DNA of 64,000 nucleotides from Euryarchaeota archaeon UBA91 (GCA_002499705.1 DAMU01000040.1:114-64113); one strand, 5' to 3'. Numbered from the stretch's first letter, positions 35,181-44,768 are shown. Notes: a model not told the origin generated them from the letters alone. Translations and numbers: made by a program.

Positions 35181-36944
35181 ATGGGTCGAATGATTGGTCT
35201 TCTACAAGTGGACCCTACGGTTGGTGACCTTACTGGAAACGCGAAGCGTCTCGAGCAATTATCTCACTTGGCATCCAAAAACGGTGCAGATGTTGCCGTT
35301 ACTACCGAACTTGCAATATCGGGATATCCTCCCCGTGACTTATTGCTGCAGGATGAATTCATTCGTCTTGCACAACAGACAGCAATCTCATTGAACGTGC
35401 CTCTTCCTGTCCTTGTTGGTACGCCAATTGAAGCGAAGACAGAACGGCAATTGCCGGGTAACGGTGTCGTTCGTGCTGGAAACAAAGATGCGGTTTCTAA
35501 GGATGGGAGTTCTCATATTCTTGCGCGAAAACAACTTCTACCATCGTATGACGTTTTTGACGAAGCGCGTTATTTCCAGCCAGATACCCGTTCAGGCATC
35601 GCTCGAACAATCGCACAACTTGACCTAGGAGTGACTGTTTGTGAAGATGCGTGGCAAGCTGCCGGTTTGACACCCTCAACCTATTCCGCTGATCCGATTG
35701 AGCACTTGGCAGAATGGGGACGTCAAGGTGTACAACTGGATGCTACAGTGAATCTTTCAGCTTCTCCTTATCACGCAGACAAGTTGAGTTCTCGAATCCA
35801 CGTTTGCCGCACTGCTGCTCGTATTCTCAATCATCCATTTTTATTGGCGAATCAAGTCGGAGGTAACGATGACTTACTGTTCGATGGAAATTCCTTAGTC
35901 GCTTGGCCAGACGGTCGAGTTGTTGTCGCTCCAGCATGGCAAGAAGGCGTTCTTCTCGTCGATATTGATGATTCAGAAAATTGCAGATGGGTTGCCTCGG
36001 AAACCCAAGGTGCACTTTGCATTGGTAGCGATCAAATTCGGCATGTTTCACCGGATGACAAAGGCCATGAGTACGACAAAGATTTGCTCGAAGACCTCAC
36101 TGATGCAGTTGTAACCGGACTTTCTGATTACTGTCGCAAATCTGGAATCTCTTCGATTGTGTTGGGGCTGTCAGGCGGAATTGATTCAGCAGTTGCAGCA
36201 TGCGTTGCTGCCGCAGCAGTTGGACCTGAGAACGTGACTGGTATCGCCATGCCAAGCCGCCATTCATCTCAACATTCAATCGATGACGCACGCCATACTG
36301 CTCAAGCACTTGGCATTCATTTCGATATGATTCCGATTGATTCATTCCATCTTTCGGTTGAAGAATCAATTGGTGAAGTTCTCTCAAACGGCCATCCAGT
36401 TGCCTCCGAGAACTTGCAATCACGCTTACGAGGTCTGCTTGTAATGGCACATGCAAATGCCCAAGGTCACATGGCAATAGCGACCGGTAATAAATCAGAA
36501 TTAGCTCAAGGATATTGCACATTGTATGGGGACATGGCGGGTGGCTATACACCGCTTGGCGACCTTTACAAGATGCAGGTTTACGGGCTTGCAGACATGT
36601 TCAATACCCGTGCAGAACGTGATGGACGCATTCAACCTGTGAACGAATCTACTCGCACGAAACCGCCTTCTGCTGAACTGGCTCCAGACCAAAAAGATGA
36701 GGATTCTCTGCCACCGTATGATGTATTAGACGGTATTCTCCATGCTCATATCGAAGAAGGATTGGACGCACAGGCTATCGCTGAGAAAGGATTTGACCGG
36801 GGTATGGTCGTTGAAGTGCTTACTCGATTGGAACACAGTGAGCACAAACGTTGGCAGATGTCTCCAGCGCCTCGCGTCTCATCGCGTGCCTTTGGCCAAG
36901 GATGGCGACGACCACTCGCCTCCCGTCATGATTGGCGTCATTGA
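35181..36944 (+). CDS. nadE: Glutamine-dependent NAD+ synthetase (CN-hydrolase domain + NadE domain)
   Basis: N-terminal nitrilase-like domain (VTTELAISGYP, GVTVCEDAW). C-terminal PP-loop LGLSGGIDSAV. Start chosen at the ATG following GGAGTGA. Confidence 0.9.
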   Translation: MGRMIGLLQVDPTVGDLTGNAKRLEQLSHLASKNGADVAVTTELAISGYPPRDLLLQDEFIRLAQQTAISLNVPLPVLVGTPIEAKTERQLPGNGVVRAGNKDAVSKDGSSHILARKQLLPSYDVFDEARYFQPDTRSGIARTIAQLDLGVTVCEDAWQAAGLTPSTYSADPIEHLAEWGRQGVQLDATVNLSASPYHADKLSSRIHVCRTAARILNHPFLLANQVGGNDDLLFDGNSLVAWPDGRVVVAPAWQEGVLLVDIDDSENCRWVASETQGALCIGSDQIRHVSPDDKGHEYDKDLLEDLTDAVVTGLSDYCRKSGISSIVLGLSGGIDSAVAACVAAAAVGPENVTGIAMPSRHSSQHSIDDARHTAQALGIHFDMIPIDSFHLSVEESIGEVLSNGHPVASENLQSRLRGLLVMAHANAQGHMAIATGNKSELAQGYCTLYGDMAGGYTPLGDLYKMQVYGLADMFNTRAERDGRIQPVNESTRTKPPSAELAPDQKDEDSLPPYDVLDGILHAHIEEGLDAQAIAEKGFDRGMVVEVLTRLEHSEHKRWQMSPAPRVSSRAFGQGWRRPLASRHDWRH

Positions 36945-36946
36945 GA

Positions 36947-37804
36947 ATGAATCAAAAAGCCCCCCTCAATCCCGAGGACATGGAGGGGATGATTTCCAAT
37001 GTTGCCGGTTATCGTTTCGTCGATATACCTGACCGCGACAAATTGCGAGAGCCCTTCAGGCAAATTTGCAATGAAAACGGACTCAAAGGGACAATCTTAC
37101 TTTCCTTTGAAGGAATCAACTTCTTTTTGGCAGGTCCGCAATCATCCATTGACCAATATCTTCAATTTTTGGAGGAAGACTCACGCTTTTCCGGAATTCA
37201 ACTCAAGTATTCCTATACAGAATACCAGCCTTTCAATCGCATGAATGTGAGGCTTAAGAAAGAAATTATTTCGCTCGGCCTTGACCACATTAAGCCCGCT
37301 GAGCGTACCGGTGAAGAAATTACGCCGACCGAATTCAAACAGTGGTTGGACGAAGGTCGTGAAGTTGCAATCATCGATACTCGTAACGATTATGAAATCA
37401 GATTAGGCACGTTTGAAAACGCATTCGATCTCAACATCAAATCGTTTCGAGCTTTTCCAAAGGCCGTTGAGTCACTTCCAGATAGCATGAAAGACACTCC
37501 TGTGGTGATGTTTTGTACAGGTGGAATACGTTGCGAAAAAGCCAGCGTTGTGATGATGGATGCAGGTTTTTCAAATGTAAAGCAACTCAAAGGCGGTATC
37601 CTCGGATATTTTGAGGAAGTTGGTGGAGAACACTGGGATGGAGATTGCTTCGTCTTTGACCATCGCGTTGCGCTCAGTGCTGAACTTGAACAAGCCGATG
37701 TTGTGCAGTGTTTTGCTTGCCGACAACCGTTGACAGTTGAAGAACAAGAATCACCCGATTACGTCATCGAGGTTTCTTGCCCGCATTGCATACACTTACG
37801 CTGA
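36947..37804 (+). CDS. trhO: Rhodanese-domain protein of the YceA/TrhO (UPF0176) family, tRNA U34 hydroxylase-like
   Basis: Rhodanese active-site loop MFCTGGIRCEKAS and C-terminal Cys cluster CFACRQP...CPHC. The start is uncertain (36947 or 36980). Confidence 0.8.
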   Translation: MNQKAPLNPEDMEGMISNVAGYRFVDIPDRDKLREPFRQICNENGLKGTILLSFEGINFFLAGPQSSIDQYLQFLEEDSRFSGIQLKYSYTEYQPFNRMNVRLKKEIISLGLDHIKPAERTGEEITPTEFKQWLDEGREVAIIDTRNDYEIRLGTFENAFDLNIKSFRAFPKAVESLPDSMKDTPVVMFCTGGIRCEKASVVMMDAGFSNVKQLKGGILGYFEEVGGEHWDGDCFVFDHRVALSAELEQADVVQCFACRQPLTVEEQESPDYVIEVSCPHCIHLR

Positions 37805-40075
37805 AGACGGCCAAATCAACCAGTCACCGGTTCGCTCCCCATGACTCCAAGCATGAATTTCATGCCCTCGTACACCATCATGCGATACGAAAATCAGATG
37901 ATGTTCAGTCAAGAGAAGTTCACCATAGGTGCCAGATGCTGAATTGTTATTCACTCCTGGCCAAGGGTCATAGGCCAAACTCGGTTGTTCACCGTCTTTG
38001 AGATGCCACAAGGATGAACCACTCTCAACTCCATCAACTTGACCCGAAGCCAAGACAAACAAGTGCTCTTGGTATGAGGCAAAACCGAGAATATTGGAAC
38101 TTGCCATTCCTGCTCGCAAGTCCGTTTCGACGTATGTTCCACTCACAGTTCCATCAGTAGAGCAGATTTCATGAGCCACATTTGGAGCTACACAATCGAA
38201 CCAAACGCGTTGTTGATGAACAATTCCGCCTGCCCAGTCACCGGGTGCTACAATGGATGTTGACATGATTTGGGTATTCCCTGAGGTGAGATTATGCGCC
38301 CACACTTGAGGGTCCACTCCAGAGGTAAGTGCATCAAAGACCAGAACATCTCCAATTTGATGAATTCCAAGATGTTCTGCGATATGCGTCGTCGGATTTC
38401 CAGTTCCTTGATGCAGTAAACTGGTCAACCAAGTGTGACCGCCTTGTTCAAGCAGTCGAACAAGTTGACGGCCATCTAAACCATCTGCTGCTACCACAAT
38501 TCCGTTTTGAAGAATCAAAGGGCTGTTGGGTTGGCTTGCTCCGGTTGGATGAAGATCCCAACTTTCGAGACGTGCATCAATCGTGAGTAGATGGGGTTCA
38601 ATGTTGTTCTCAGATTTTGCTGAAAACCATAAGTGGGTCGAGTTTGAGAAAAGCATTTCAGTGGCAAAAGTCGTCATTCCAAGCGTTTCATTTGCAAGAC
38701 TTTGTTGTTGAATTTGGTTGAAGGACGGATGTTCAAACACGCTTTCAACGGTGTAACCATCGCTCCATAACAAGGCATCATCGCCTGATTTCACCGCAAC
38801 GCCTTGCGCCCAAATCACCGCTTTGGAAGAACTGCTTACTGATATTGAATCCCCTGAATCATCGACTGGTGATGTGCCGTTCACTGTTGCATCACTGACC
38901 CATAACTGTCGGCCATTGACACCATCATCAGCATCGAAAAAGACGCGTTCTCCGTATGGAGTTTGAACCGATGTTAGGCCAAGATACAATCCGGGTAAGG
39001 CATCTCCAGTTGGGTTGATGTCAAGCAAGAGTTGAGTCGAAGCATCGGTGCCTTCACTGACCCAAAGTTCACATCCATCAATTCCATTCACGCCTGCGCT
39101 CAACAAGCGCTGTTGTTCAATCATCCAAACCATTGCGTCGCAATTTGTGGTGAGTCCATTTGCAGTTCCTGATGCAAAATCAGAAATTGGTCCGTAGAGA
39201 AGTGGAGAACTGCAAATTTGAATGCTGCTTCGCACTTCATCATCATGCAGTATGCCATCAAATTCAAGACCATCCCCCAATCCATCATCAACTCCAAATC
39301 GAAGAATGATTCCTGAAATACAAACAGCAGGTGATGGTTGGTGTTGCTCGACCAATGCAGGGGCACCTTGAGTTCCTGTTTCACCTGGTGCACCGTTTAA
39401 TCCGCTTTGACCGTTGGCGCCATTGCTACCGATCAGGCCGTCGCATACCGCGTCACTTGAGGCTCGCTCATTGACTTCAAGTTGATTATTTTCATCCGCA
39501 TCAATACCGCTGTGAATCAGAATTCCGCCGTTTACACAAGTGAGATTTCCAATGTCTAAATGCTCAATTTCTAACAAACTGGTAGGGAGTGAAGTTGTCA
39601 AACCAGGAGCGCCTTGAGGACCGGAAAGCCCTTCCTTTCCGTGGCATACTTTGGTTGATGAAGTCACTTCATCTTCATCGAGATATCCGTTGGAGTTGAG
39701 GTCGTTACCCAGGTAAATCTCAGCACCGCCTTCGGTACAGATTGAATCAGCAATGCGTCCTTCAGTGCGAACAAGCATTTCAGGGGCATTTTCACCGGTG
39801 TTTCCTTTTTGCGCTGAAAGGGTATCAAGTTGAACATAGGAATACGTTGAGAGCATGAGTGCACAAACCAAGAGAATCGTTTGGAGCAAAGAAAGGAAAA
39901 ATTTTCTCTTCGGTTGAGTCTTTTTATTCACTGTTTGTTGTTTAGTCGGTGGAATGTGCAGATTTGGCACATTCTTGCGGGTTTGGTTTCGTGCAGGTTC
40001 TCCTGCAATAGAAGCGTCGACATCCATTCTTGGCGGGTTTGACATGATTCGTGTTAAATTCGTCAACGCTATCAA
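37796..40075 (-). CDS. Secreted ELWxxDGT-repeat protein with N-terminal Cys-bounded Ca-binding-like modules and collagen-like G-X-Y runs
   Basis: Signal anchor FFLSLLQTILLVCALMLSTYSYV. Three modules of the type C..GG......G.D.N.NG.LD.DEV.SS...C. G-X-Y runs GKEGLSGPQGAPGLT and GLIGSNGANGQSGLNGAPGETGTQGAP. Repeats ELWVSEGTDASTQLLLDINPTG, QLWVSDATVNGT, SLWHLKDGEQ. Confidence 0.8.
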   Translation of the reverse strand: MIALTNLTRIMSNPPRMDVDASIAGEPARNQTRKNVPNLHIPPTKQQTVNKKTQPKRKFFLSLLQTILLVCALMLSTYSYVQLDTLSAQKGNTGENAPEMLVRTEGRIADSICTEGGAEIYLGNDLNSNGYLDEDEVTSSTKVCHGKEGLSGPQGAPGLTTSLPTSLLEIEHLDIGNLTCVNGGILIHSGIDADENNQLEVNERASSDAVCDGLIGSNGANGQSGLNGAPGETGTQGAPALVEQHQPSPAVCISGIILRFGVDDGLGDGLEFDGILHDDEVRSSIQICSSPLLYGPISDFASGTANGLTTNCDAMVWMIEQQRLLSAGVNGIDGCELWVSEGTDASTQLLLDINPTGDALPGLYLGLTSVQTPYGERVFFDADDGVNGRQLWVSDATVNGTSPVDDSGDSISVSSSSKAVIWAQGVAVKSGDDALLWSDGYTVESVFEHPSFNQIQQQSLANETLGMTTFATEMLFSNSTHLWFSAKSENNIEPHLLTIDARLESWDLHPTGASQPNSPLILQNGIVVAADGLDGRQLVRLLEQGGHTWLTSLLHQGTGNPTTHIAEHLGIHQIGDVLVFDALTSGVDPQVWAHNLTSGNTQIMSTSIVAPGDWAGGIVHQQRVWFDCVAPNVAHEICSTDGTVSGTYVETDLRAGMASSNILGFASYQEHLFVLASGQVDGVESGSSLWHLKDGEQPSLAYDPWPGVNNNSASGTYGELLLTEHHLIFVSHDGVRGHEIHAWSHGERTGDWLIWPSSA
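39359..39439 (-). repeat. Collagen-like G-X-Y triplet run (9 triplets) inside the ELWxxDGT protein
   Basis: Reverse complement reads GGC CTG ATC GGT AGC AAT GGC GCC AAC GGT CAA AGC GGA TTA AAC GGT GCA CCA GGT GAA ACA GGA ACT CAA GGT GCC CC. A second 5-triplet run lies at about 39596..39640. Confidence 0.75.
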
Positions 40076-40168
40076 AGCCTTCGGTTCAAGTCCTCTTCAT
40101 CATAATCTCAAACTTTCATGTTTTATTCAAGGGGTGACTTCAAGGGTGTTCACCGATTGCAGTTGAAT

Positions 40169-41938
40169 ATGGACCTGCCTGAGCGCCTCTCATCTCAATT
40201 GGCAGGCGAGGAAGGCCCAACGCGACAAAAAGCGGCTCGTTTAGTCGTTGATTTAGCGGTCACAGCAGGAGCTCAAGGCTTTGTCAATGTTGACCATGCT
40301 CACGTTTCGGGCGTTTCAGTCATCACTGGAGGGCACGGTTTGCGTCGTTTTCTTTCGGATTTGTCAAGTTCAGGTGATGGAAAAGTATCCATTCCAACCA
40401 CGCTCAATTCCGCTGGATGCGACAAAGAGAAAATGGAGGAAATGGATATCGACTGGCCAGATTTTCTTGAACAACAATTTGAGATTGTCGAAGCCTATTC
40501 AGAACTTGGAATACAAGCAACACTCTCATGCACGCCTTATGATCGAGGTGTTGATGATGAAAGTGGAATCGCTTCTTGGGCAGAATCCAATGCAGTCTGT
40601 TTCTCAAATACGTGGACTTCTCTGATTACGAATCGCGAATCTGGTCTTTCCGCATTGGCAACTGCGCTCACTGGTTTTGCTCCTCGGTGGGGTCTTCATC
40701 TTGAAGAAAATCGTCAACCGAATATCCATGTTCGAGTTGACTGTGAGCTTCATACGCTTTCAGATTGGTCGGTATTAGGTGACTGGATAGGAAAACAGGT
40801 TCGGCCGGATTGGAATGTTCCATGGGGGCCAATGCCGTTCATTCAGGGGCTTCCCAAGAAAGCGAGTTTTGCTCGTAAAAAAGCACTCACTGCGGCAGCA
40901 GCGAATTATGGAACGCCAATGTTGTGGGCTGAAGGCCTCTCTGCCGACCCGCCTTTAGCACGGGATGGAGATGTTTGGCGTGCTCCTGAGGCTGGATGGC
41001 AGGGTGAGTTGGTTTTCACTGAACAAGATTTGAATGCTCGATATGCGGATTTAGCACCGCAGGGTCAAGTTGATTTAGTGGTCATTGGATGTCCTCAAGC
41101 GAGTTTAGAAGAGATTCGTATTACTGCAGCAGCAGTTCGTTCACATGCTGAGATGGGTGCTAAAATTCCCGACCAAAGGTTGTGGGTTTTCACCAGTGGA
41201 GAAAATTACCAACTTGCGGTGGCCGATGGTAGCGTAGAAATGCTGGAACAGGCTGGTGCCGTATTGCTACAGGATACTTGTCCTGAAGTAACACCATACA
41301 ATCGCAATCATTACAACCACTTGTTGACAAATTCCCTCAAGGCTGAACACTATTTGACAAGTGGACTCAATCGGCTTCCAACCAGTGTAATGCCAATTGT
41401 CGACTGCGTTGCCCACGCTTTTGACCCAATGTTATCAGAAGGTCCCCGTCCGGTTCTCAGTGCTAAAGCACAACCTCAGCACGCGAGCGCAAAATCTCAT
41501 CATACTACAGATGTAACATTGAAAGGGGCTCCACTCCAAAGTCAAGGTGATTTTTGCATTACAGGTCCTGCTATGGTTACTGATGTGCCCATCACCTATC
41601 TAGGCTATGTGAACCGTGATTCTGGCGTGATTGAAGAAACTGGCCACCCACTTGACGGCAGGGCAATTGAAAATTCAATTCTCATCTATCCCAAAGGCTC
41701 AGGGTCAACGGTTGCGCCCTTTGTTTTGATGGGTTTGCTCTATACTGAAAAAGGCCCGAAAGCAATTGTTAATCGTGATGTTTGTCCACTTACTTTGCCT
41801 GCATGCTCGCTGTTAGGCCTTCCTTACGGTCATGGATTTGACCAAGATCCTTGCATGGCAATTAACGACGGTGACCTTGTTGAACTCAAATCGGAAAGCG
41901 GAGTCGTATCTCTTACGGTTCTTGAACGAGTGAAATGA
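40169..41938 (+). CDS. Aconitase X family protein, fused catalytic (DUF521) and swivel (DUF126) domains
   Basis: MDLPERLSSQLAGEEGPTRQKAARLVVDL...VDHAHVSGVS...SIPTTLNSAGCD...SCTPYD...IGCPQAS...DTCPEV is the DUF521 pattern. After a linker: ITYLGYVNRDSGVIEETGHPLDGRAIENSILIYPKGSGSTVAPFVLMGL is the DUF126 pattern. The track start at 40118 is over-extended. Confidence 0.85.
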   Translation: MDLPERLSSQLAGEEGPTRQKAARLVVDLAVTAGAQGFVNVDHAHVSGVSVITGGHGLRRFLSDLSSSGDGKVSIPTTLNSAGCDKEKMEEMDIDWPDFLEQQFEIVEAYSELGIQATLSCTPYDRGVDDESGIASWAESNAVCFSNTWTSLITNRESGLSALATALTGFAPRWGLHLEENRQPNIHVRVDCELHTLSDWSVLGDWIGKQVRPDWNVPWGPMPFIQGLPKKASFARKKALTAAAANYGTPMLWAEGLSADPPLARDGDVWRAPEAGWQGELVFTEQDLNARYADLAPQGQVDLVVIGCPQASLEEIRITAAAVRSHAEMGAKIPDQRLWVFTSGENYQLAVADGSVEMLEQAGAVLLQDTCPEVTPYNRNHYNHLLTNSLKAEHYLTSGLNRLPTSVMPIVDCVAHAFDPMLSEGPRPVLSAKAQPQHASAKSHHTTDVTLKGAPLQSQGDFCITGPAMVTDVPITYLGYVNRDSGVIEETGHPLDGRAIENSILIYPKGSGSTVAPFVLMGLLYTEKGPKAIVNRDVCPLTLPACSLLGLPYGHGFDQDPCMAINDGDLVELKSESGVVSLTVLERVK

Positions 41939-41947
41939 GGTGCTGAT

Positions 41948-42949
41948 ATGTCGGGGTTGAAAATTCTCGTAACCGGCGGTGCAGGTTTCATTGGCTCTTC
42001 ATTGTGCGAGCGTTTAATCAGTCAAGGTCATTCAGTTTTAGCGTATGATTCACTTTTCAGGGGCAATAAATCAAACCTCTCTGCGTTAGCAGGGAATCAA
42101 CGATTTCAATTCATGCAAGGAGATGTTCGTGATGTTGAGCGCCTCGATGAAGCGATTGAATGCTTAGACGGTGTTGATTTGATTTATCATCTTGCAGCAG
42201 TTAACGGTACCAAATGGTTTCATGATGCAGCTCATTCTGTAATTGATGTCAATATCAACGGTACGCTTCGAACATTGGAACTGGCAATGGCACATGATGC
42301 GCGTTATGTGCTTGCTTCCTCTCCCGAAGCCTTTGGTGAGGCACTTCAACAGCCGATTCAAAACGGCAATGAGATGACGTTTACTGACCCTTCAATGCAT
42401 CAACGTCATTCGTATGGAGCCAGTAAATACCTTGATGAAATAGCCTGTCAACATGCAGCCCGTGAAGGTCTTGATGTCCGTATTGTTCGACCATTTAACG
42501 CCTATGGCCCTCGACTTCTCGGTGATGAATACGGGCAGGTAGTGGCCATGTTTTTCCAAGCCATCCTCTCTCGAGAACCATTACAGTTGCACAACGGTGG
42601 CCAACAGACTCGTTCTTTTACCTGGATAGAGGACATTGTTGACGGCTTTATGCTCACTGGCCTACAAGAAAAAGGCCTACAAGGTGAATCACTTTCAGGA
42701 TGTGCTTTGAATATTGGTTCTACAGAAGAAGTGACGATACAACATTTACAAGAACGTATTTTTTCTTTAGTCTCTCATGATGAGACTTGGGGTAAAGACT
42801 TGCCTCAAATCGAGGATTCGCAGGGGTATCATGGTGATGCTTTACGAAGACTTCCAGATTGCAGCCAAGCGATTACACTGCTTGGGTGGAGTGCACCAAC
42901 TTCTTTGGAACAGGGGCTTCACTTGATGTGGTCATCCTTACGATCTTAG
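41948..42949 (+). CDS. NAD-dependent nucleotide-sugar epimerase/dehydratase (UDP-glucuronate decarboxylase/4-epimerase-like)
   Basis: ILVTGGAGFIGSSLCERL, YGASKYLDE (YxxxK). GAGGTG Shine-Dalgarno motif just upstream, 9 nt after the AcnX stop. Confidence 0.85.
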   Translation: MSGLKILVTGGAGFIGSSLCERLISQGHSVLAYDSLFRGNKSNLSALAGNQRFQFMQGDVRDVERLDEAIECLDGVDLIYHLAAVNGTKWFHDAAHSVIDVNINGTLRTLELAMAHDARYVLASSPEAFGEALQQPIQNGNEMTFTDPSMHQRHSYGASKYLDEIACQHAAREGLDVRIVRPFNAYGPRLLGDEYGQVVAMFFQAILSREPLQLHNGGQQTRSFTWIEDIVDGFMLTGLQEKGLQGESLSGCALNIGSTEEVTIQHLQERIFSLVSHDETWGKDLPQIEDSQGYHGDALRRLPDCSQAITLLGWSAPTSLEQGLHLMWSSLRS

Positions 42950-43758
42950 ATTTTTGAACCGTAGTGCTTGAGGACTTTTTGCCCCCAAGAAGATGGAGAG
43001 GGTGTTAGTCGGTCGTGTCCATGCTGACACAAAATGTCCAATCCTTCAGGAGGAATCTCCTGTTCGGTGGTCCACAAGCCAGTCACACGTAAGACTGCAA
43101 GACGTGCTACAGCATCGGGAAGTTCACGGTCTTCAAGATACTCAACCTCAATTGCAGCAACTGCTTCGTTAACGAGCAAAGGCTCCAATTCATGAGGGGT
43201 GAATCCCGCGTAATTCCACTCACTTTCTTCTTTCGGAAGAGGGCTTGCGGTCTCATCAATGGCATCCACCATCGAAGCGTTACTCGGCATAAGGTGAAGA
43301 ATTGCCTTTTTTGTCGAACGAAGGTTCAGCAGCGTATCCCTATACCTTCCTTCTCGATTACAACTGAATGAAGCAATAAGCAGAGGTGGTCCAGTTGATA
43401 CAGCCATCACAGATGTGTAGGGTGCAAGATTCTTGTTTCCGTGTTCGTCTTGGGTAGATGCGATAATAAGTGGACGTGGGGACAAAAGTCCTGAAAGCCA
43501 TCCTGCACGCTGAGCATGCTCTATTTCGTTCACATCCATCCGCTTTGCATCCACCATATTGGTAGTAGGAAGCGGGGTAAACCAGTGGTCAAGTGTGCCG
43601 TTTTTAATCTCCTCAATGGCATGGTCGTTGAATTCAATGTATGATTTCCATGAATCCGTTTGTTGTTCTTCACCACGTTCTCTTTTTCGAGCAATCGACG
43701 CTTCAGCATAGGAATTACATCGTTTGAGGTATTCCAAAACAACTGCTTTTCGATCCAT
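42946..43758 (-). CDS. Flavin reductase-like (FMN-binding split-barrel) protein with a ~90-aa N-terminal extension
   Basis: NLAPYTSVMAVSTGPPLLIASFS is typical of flavin reductase-like domains. GAGGTGA lies 4 nt upstream of the ATG. Confidence 0.7.
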   Translation of the reverse strand: MDRKAVVLEYLKRCNSYAEASIARKRERGEEQQTDSWKSYIEFNDHAIEEIKNGTLDHWFTPLPTTNMVDAKRMDVNEIEHAQRAGWLSGLLSPRPLIIASTQDEHGNKNLAPYTSVMAVSTGPPLLIASFSCNREGRYRDTLLNLRSTKKAILHLMPSNASMVDAIDETASPLPKEESEWNYAGFTPHELEPLLVNEAVAAIEVEYLEDRELPDAVARLAVLRVTGLWTTEQEIPPEGLDILCQHGHDRLTPSPSSWGQKVLKHYGSKI

Positions 43759-43767
43759 TTATTCACC

Positions 43768-44286
43768 TCAGTCTTCCCTTGCTGATTGACTCTTGAGTTG
43801 GAGTTGTTTTTCATCATATGTATGCCGCTTCATCAAATAAACAGCGGGGTTTCCAGCCCAAACCTCCTTCTCAGGTAAGTCTCGCGTTAAGGTAGAACCT
43901 GCGCCAAGAACAGCTCCTTTACCAATCGAACATCCCGCATTTACTGTAGCGCCACCACCAATGACAGCTCCTTTGTAGATTCGAACGGGTTGCCATTGTT
44001 CAGGATTGCCTGATGGTGGATATTTGTCATTGAGCAACGTAGCATTTGGTCCGATGAATACATTTTGTTCAAGAGTGCACCCATCAGCAATGTAGGCGCC
44101 TCCTTGAATCCGGCATTTGTTTCCAATCGATACATTGCGGCCTACATGCGCTAAGGAACCAATCGAACACTGATTCCCGATTTGCGTGCCTTTACCGATG
44201 TGGCACGGGCTCCAAGCAATACTGCCTTTGCCAAGGTCAACTGGTCGGCCATGTAGCGGGGAATTCTCGTTCATTTGATCCCTCAT
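43768..44286 (-). CDS. Left-handed beta-helix (hexapeptide-repeat) acyl/acetyltransferase
   Basis: Successive hexapeptide repeats (IGKGTQIGNQCSIGSLAHVGRNVSIGNKCRIQGGAYIADGCTL...) and C-terminal WAGNPA. ATGA overlap with the bcp stop. Confidence 0.8.
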   Translation of the reverse strand: MRDQMNENSPLHGRPVDLGKGSIAWSPCHIGKGTQIGNQCSIGSLAHVGRNVSIGNKCRIQGGAYIADGCTLEQNVFIGPNATLLNDKYPPSGNPEQWQPVRIYKGAVIGGGATVNAGCSIGKGAVLGAGSTLTRDLPEKEVWAGNPAVYLMKRHTYDEKQLQLKSQSARED

Positions 44287-44768
44287 TCACCGAGACCGAG
44301 TTCACGAAGAAGCATACCAACGTGTCCTTTTGCCTTGACGTTGTATCTCAGCCAAGAGAATGTTCCATCCGGCCCGATTACAAAAGTAGAGCGAGAACAG
44401 CCCATGTATTCTCGACCGTAATTCTTCTTGAGGCGCCATGTACCGTATGCTTCATGGAGCGCACCTTCGGTGTCCATCAAAAGAGGGAAATTGAGGGATT
44501 GACGGCCAATGAATTTTTCATGTGAGCCCTCTGAATCCTTTGAGACGCCAAGTACAACATATCCGTGAGAGGCTAATTGCGCCATGTTATCTCGAAAATC
44601 ACACGCTTGAGTTGTGCACCCAGGTGTGGAATCTCGAGGGTAAAAATACAAAATTACCTTTTGACCTGCTGCGGAATACGCAGACAAATCATGCATTTCA
44701 CCGTTTGAATCAACGCAATTGAACTGCGGAGCGATTTGGCCTATCTCGTGTGTTTTTGGTTCGTTCAT
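44283..44768 (-). CDS. bcp: Peroxiredoxin, Bcp type
   Basis: ILYFYPRDSTPGCTTQACDFRD, the peroxidatic Cys motif of Bcp/PrxQ. Confidence 0.9.
   Translation of the reverse strand: MNEPKTHEIGQIAPQFNCVDSNGEMHDLSAYSAAGQKVILYFYPRDSTPGCTTQACDFRDNMAQLASHGYVVLGVSKDSEGSHEKFIGRQSLNFPLLMDTEGALHEAYGTWRLKKNYGREYMGCSRSTFVIGPDGTFSWLRYNVKAKGHVGMLLRELGLGE

Noticed and set aside
36097-36552. 151-aa minus-strand ORF
   Set aside because: It is antisense to the NadE PP-loop domain (SGGIDS). This is a shadow ORF.
39359-39640. Collagen-like G-X-Y runs as a sign of eukaryotic or bacterial contamination or chimeric assembly
   Set aside because: The runs are in frame inside a continuous 759-aa ORF. Its ends overlap or abut flanking archaeal-context genes (trhO, AcnX), with no visible compositional break.
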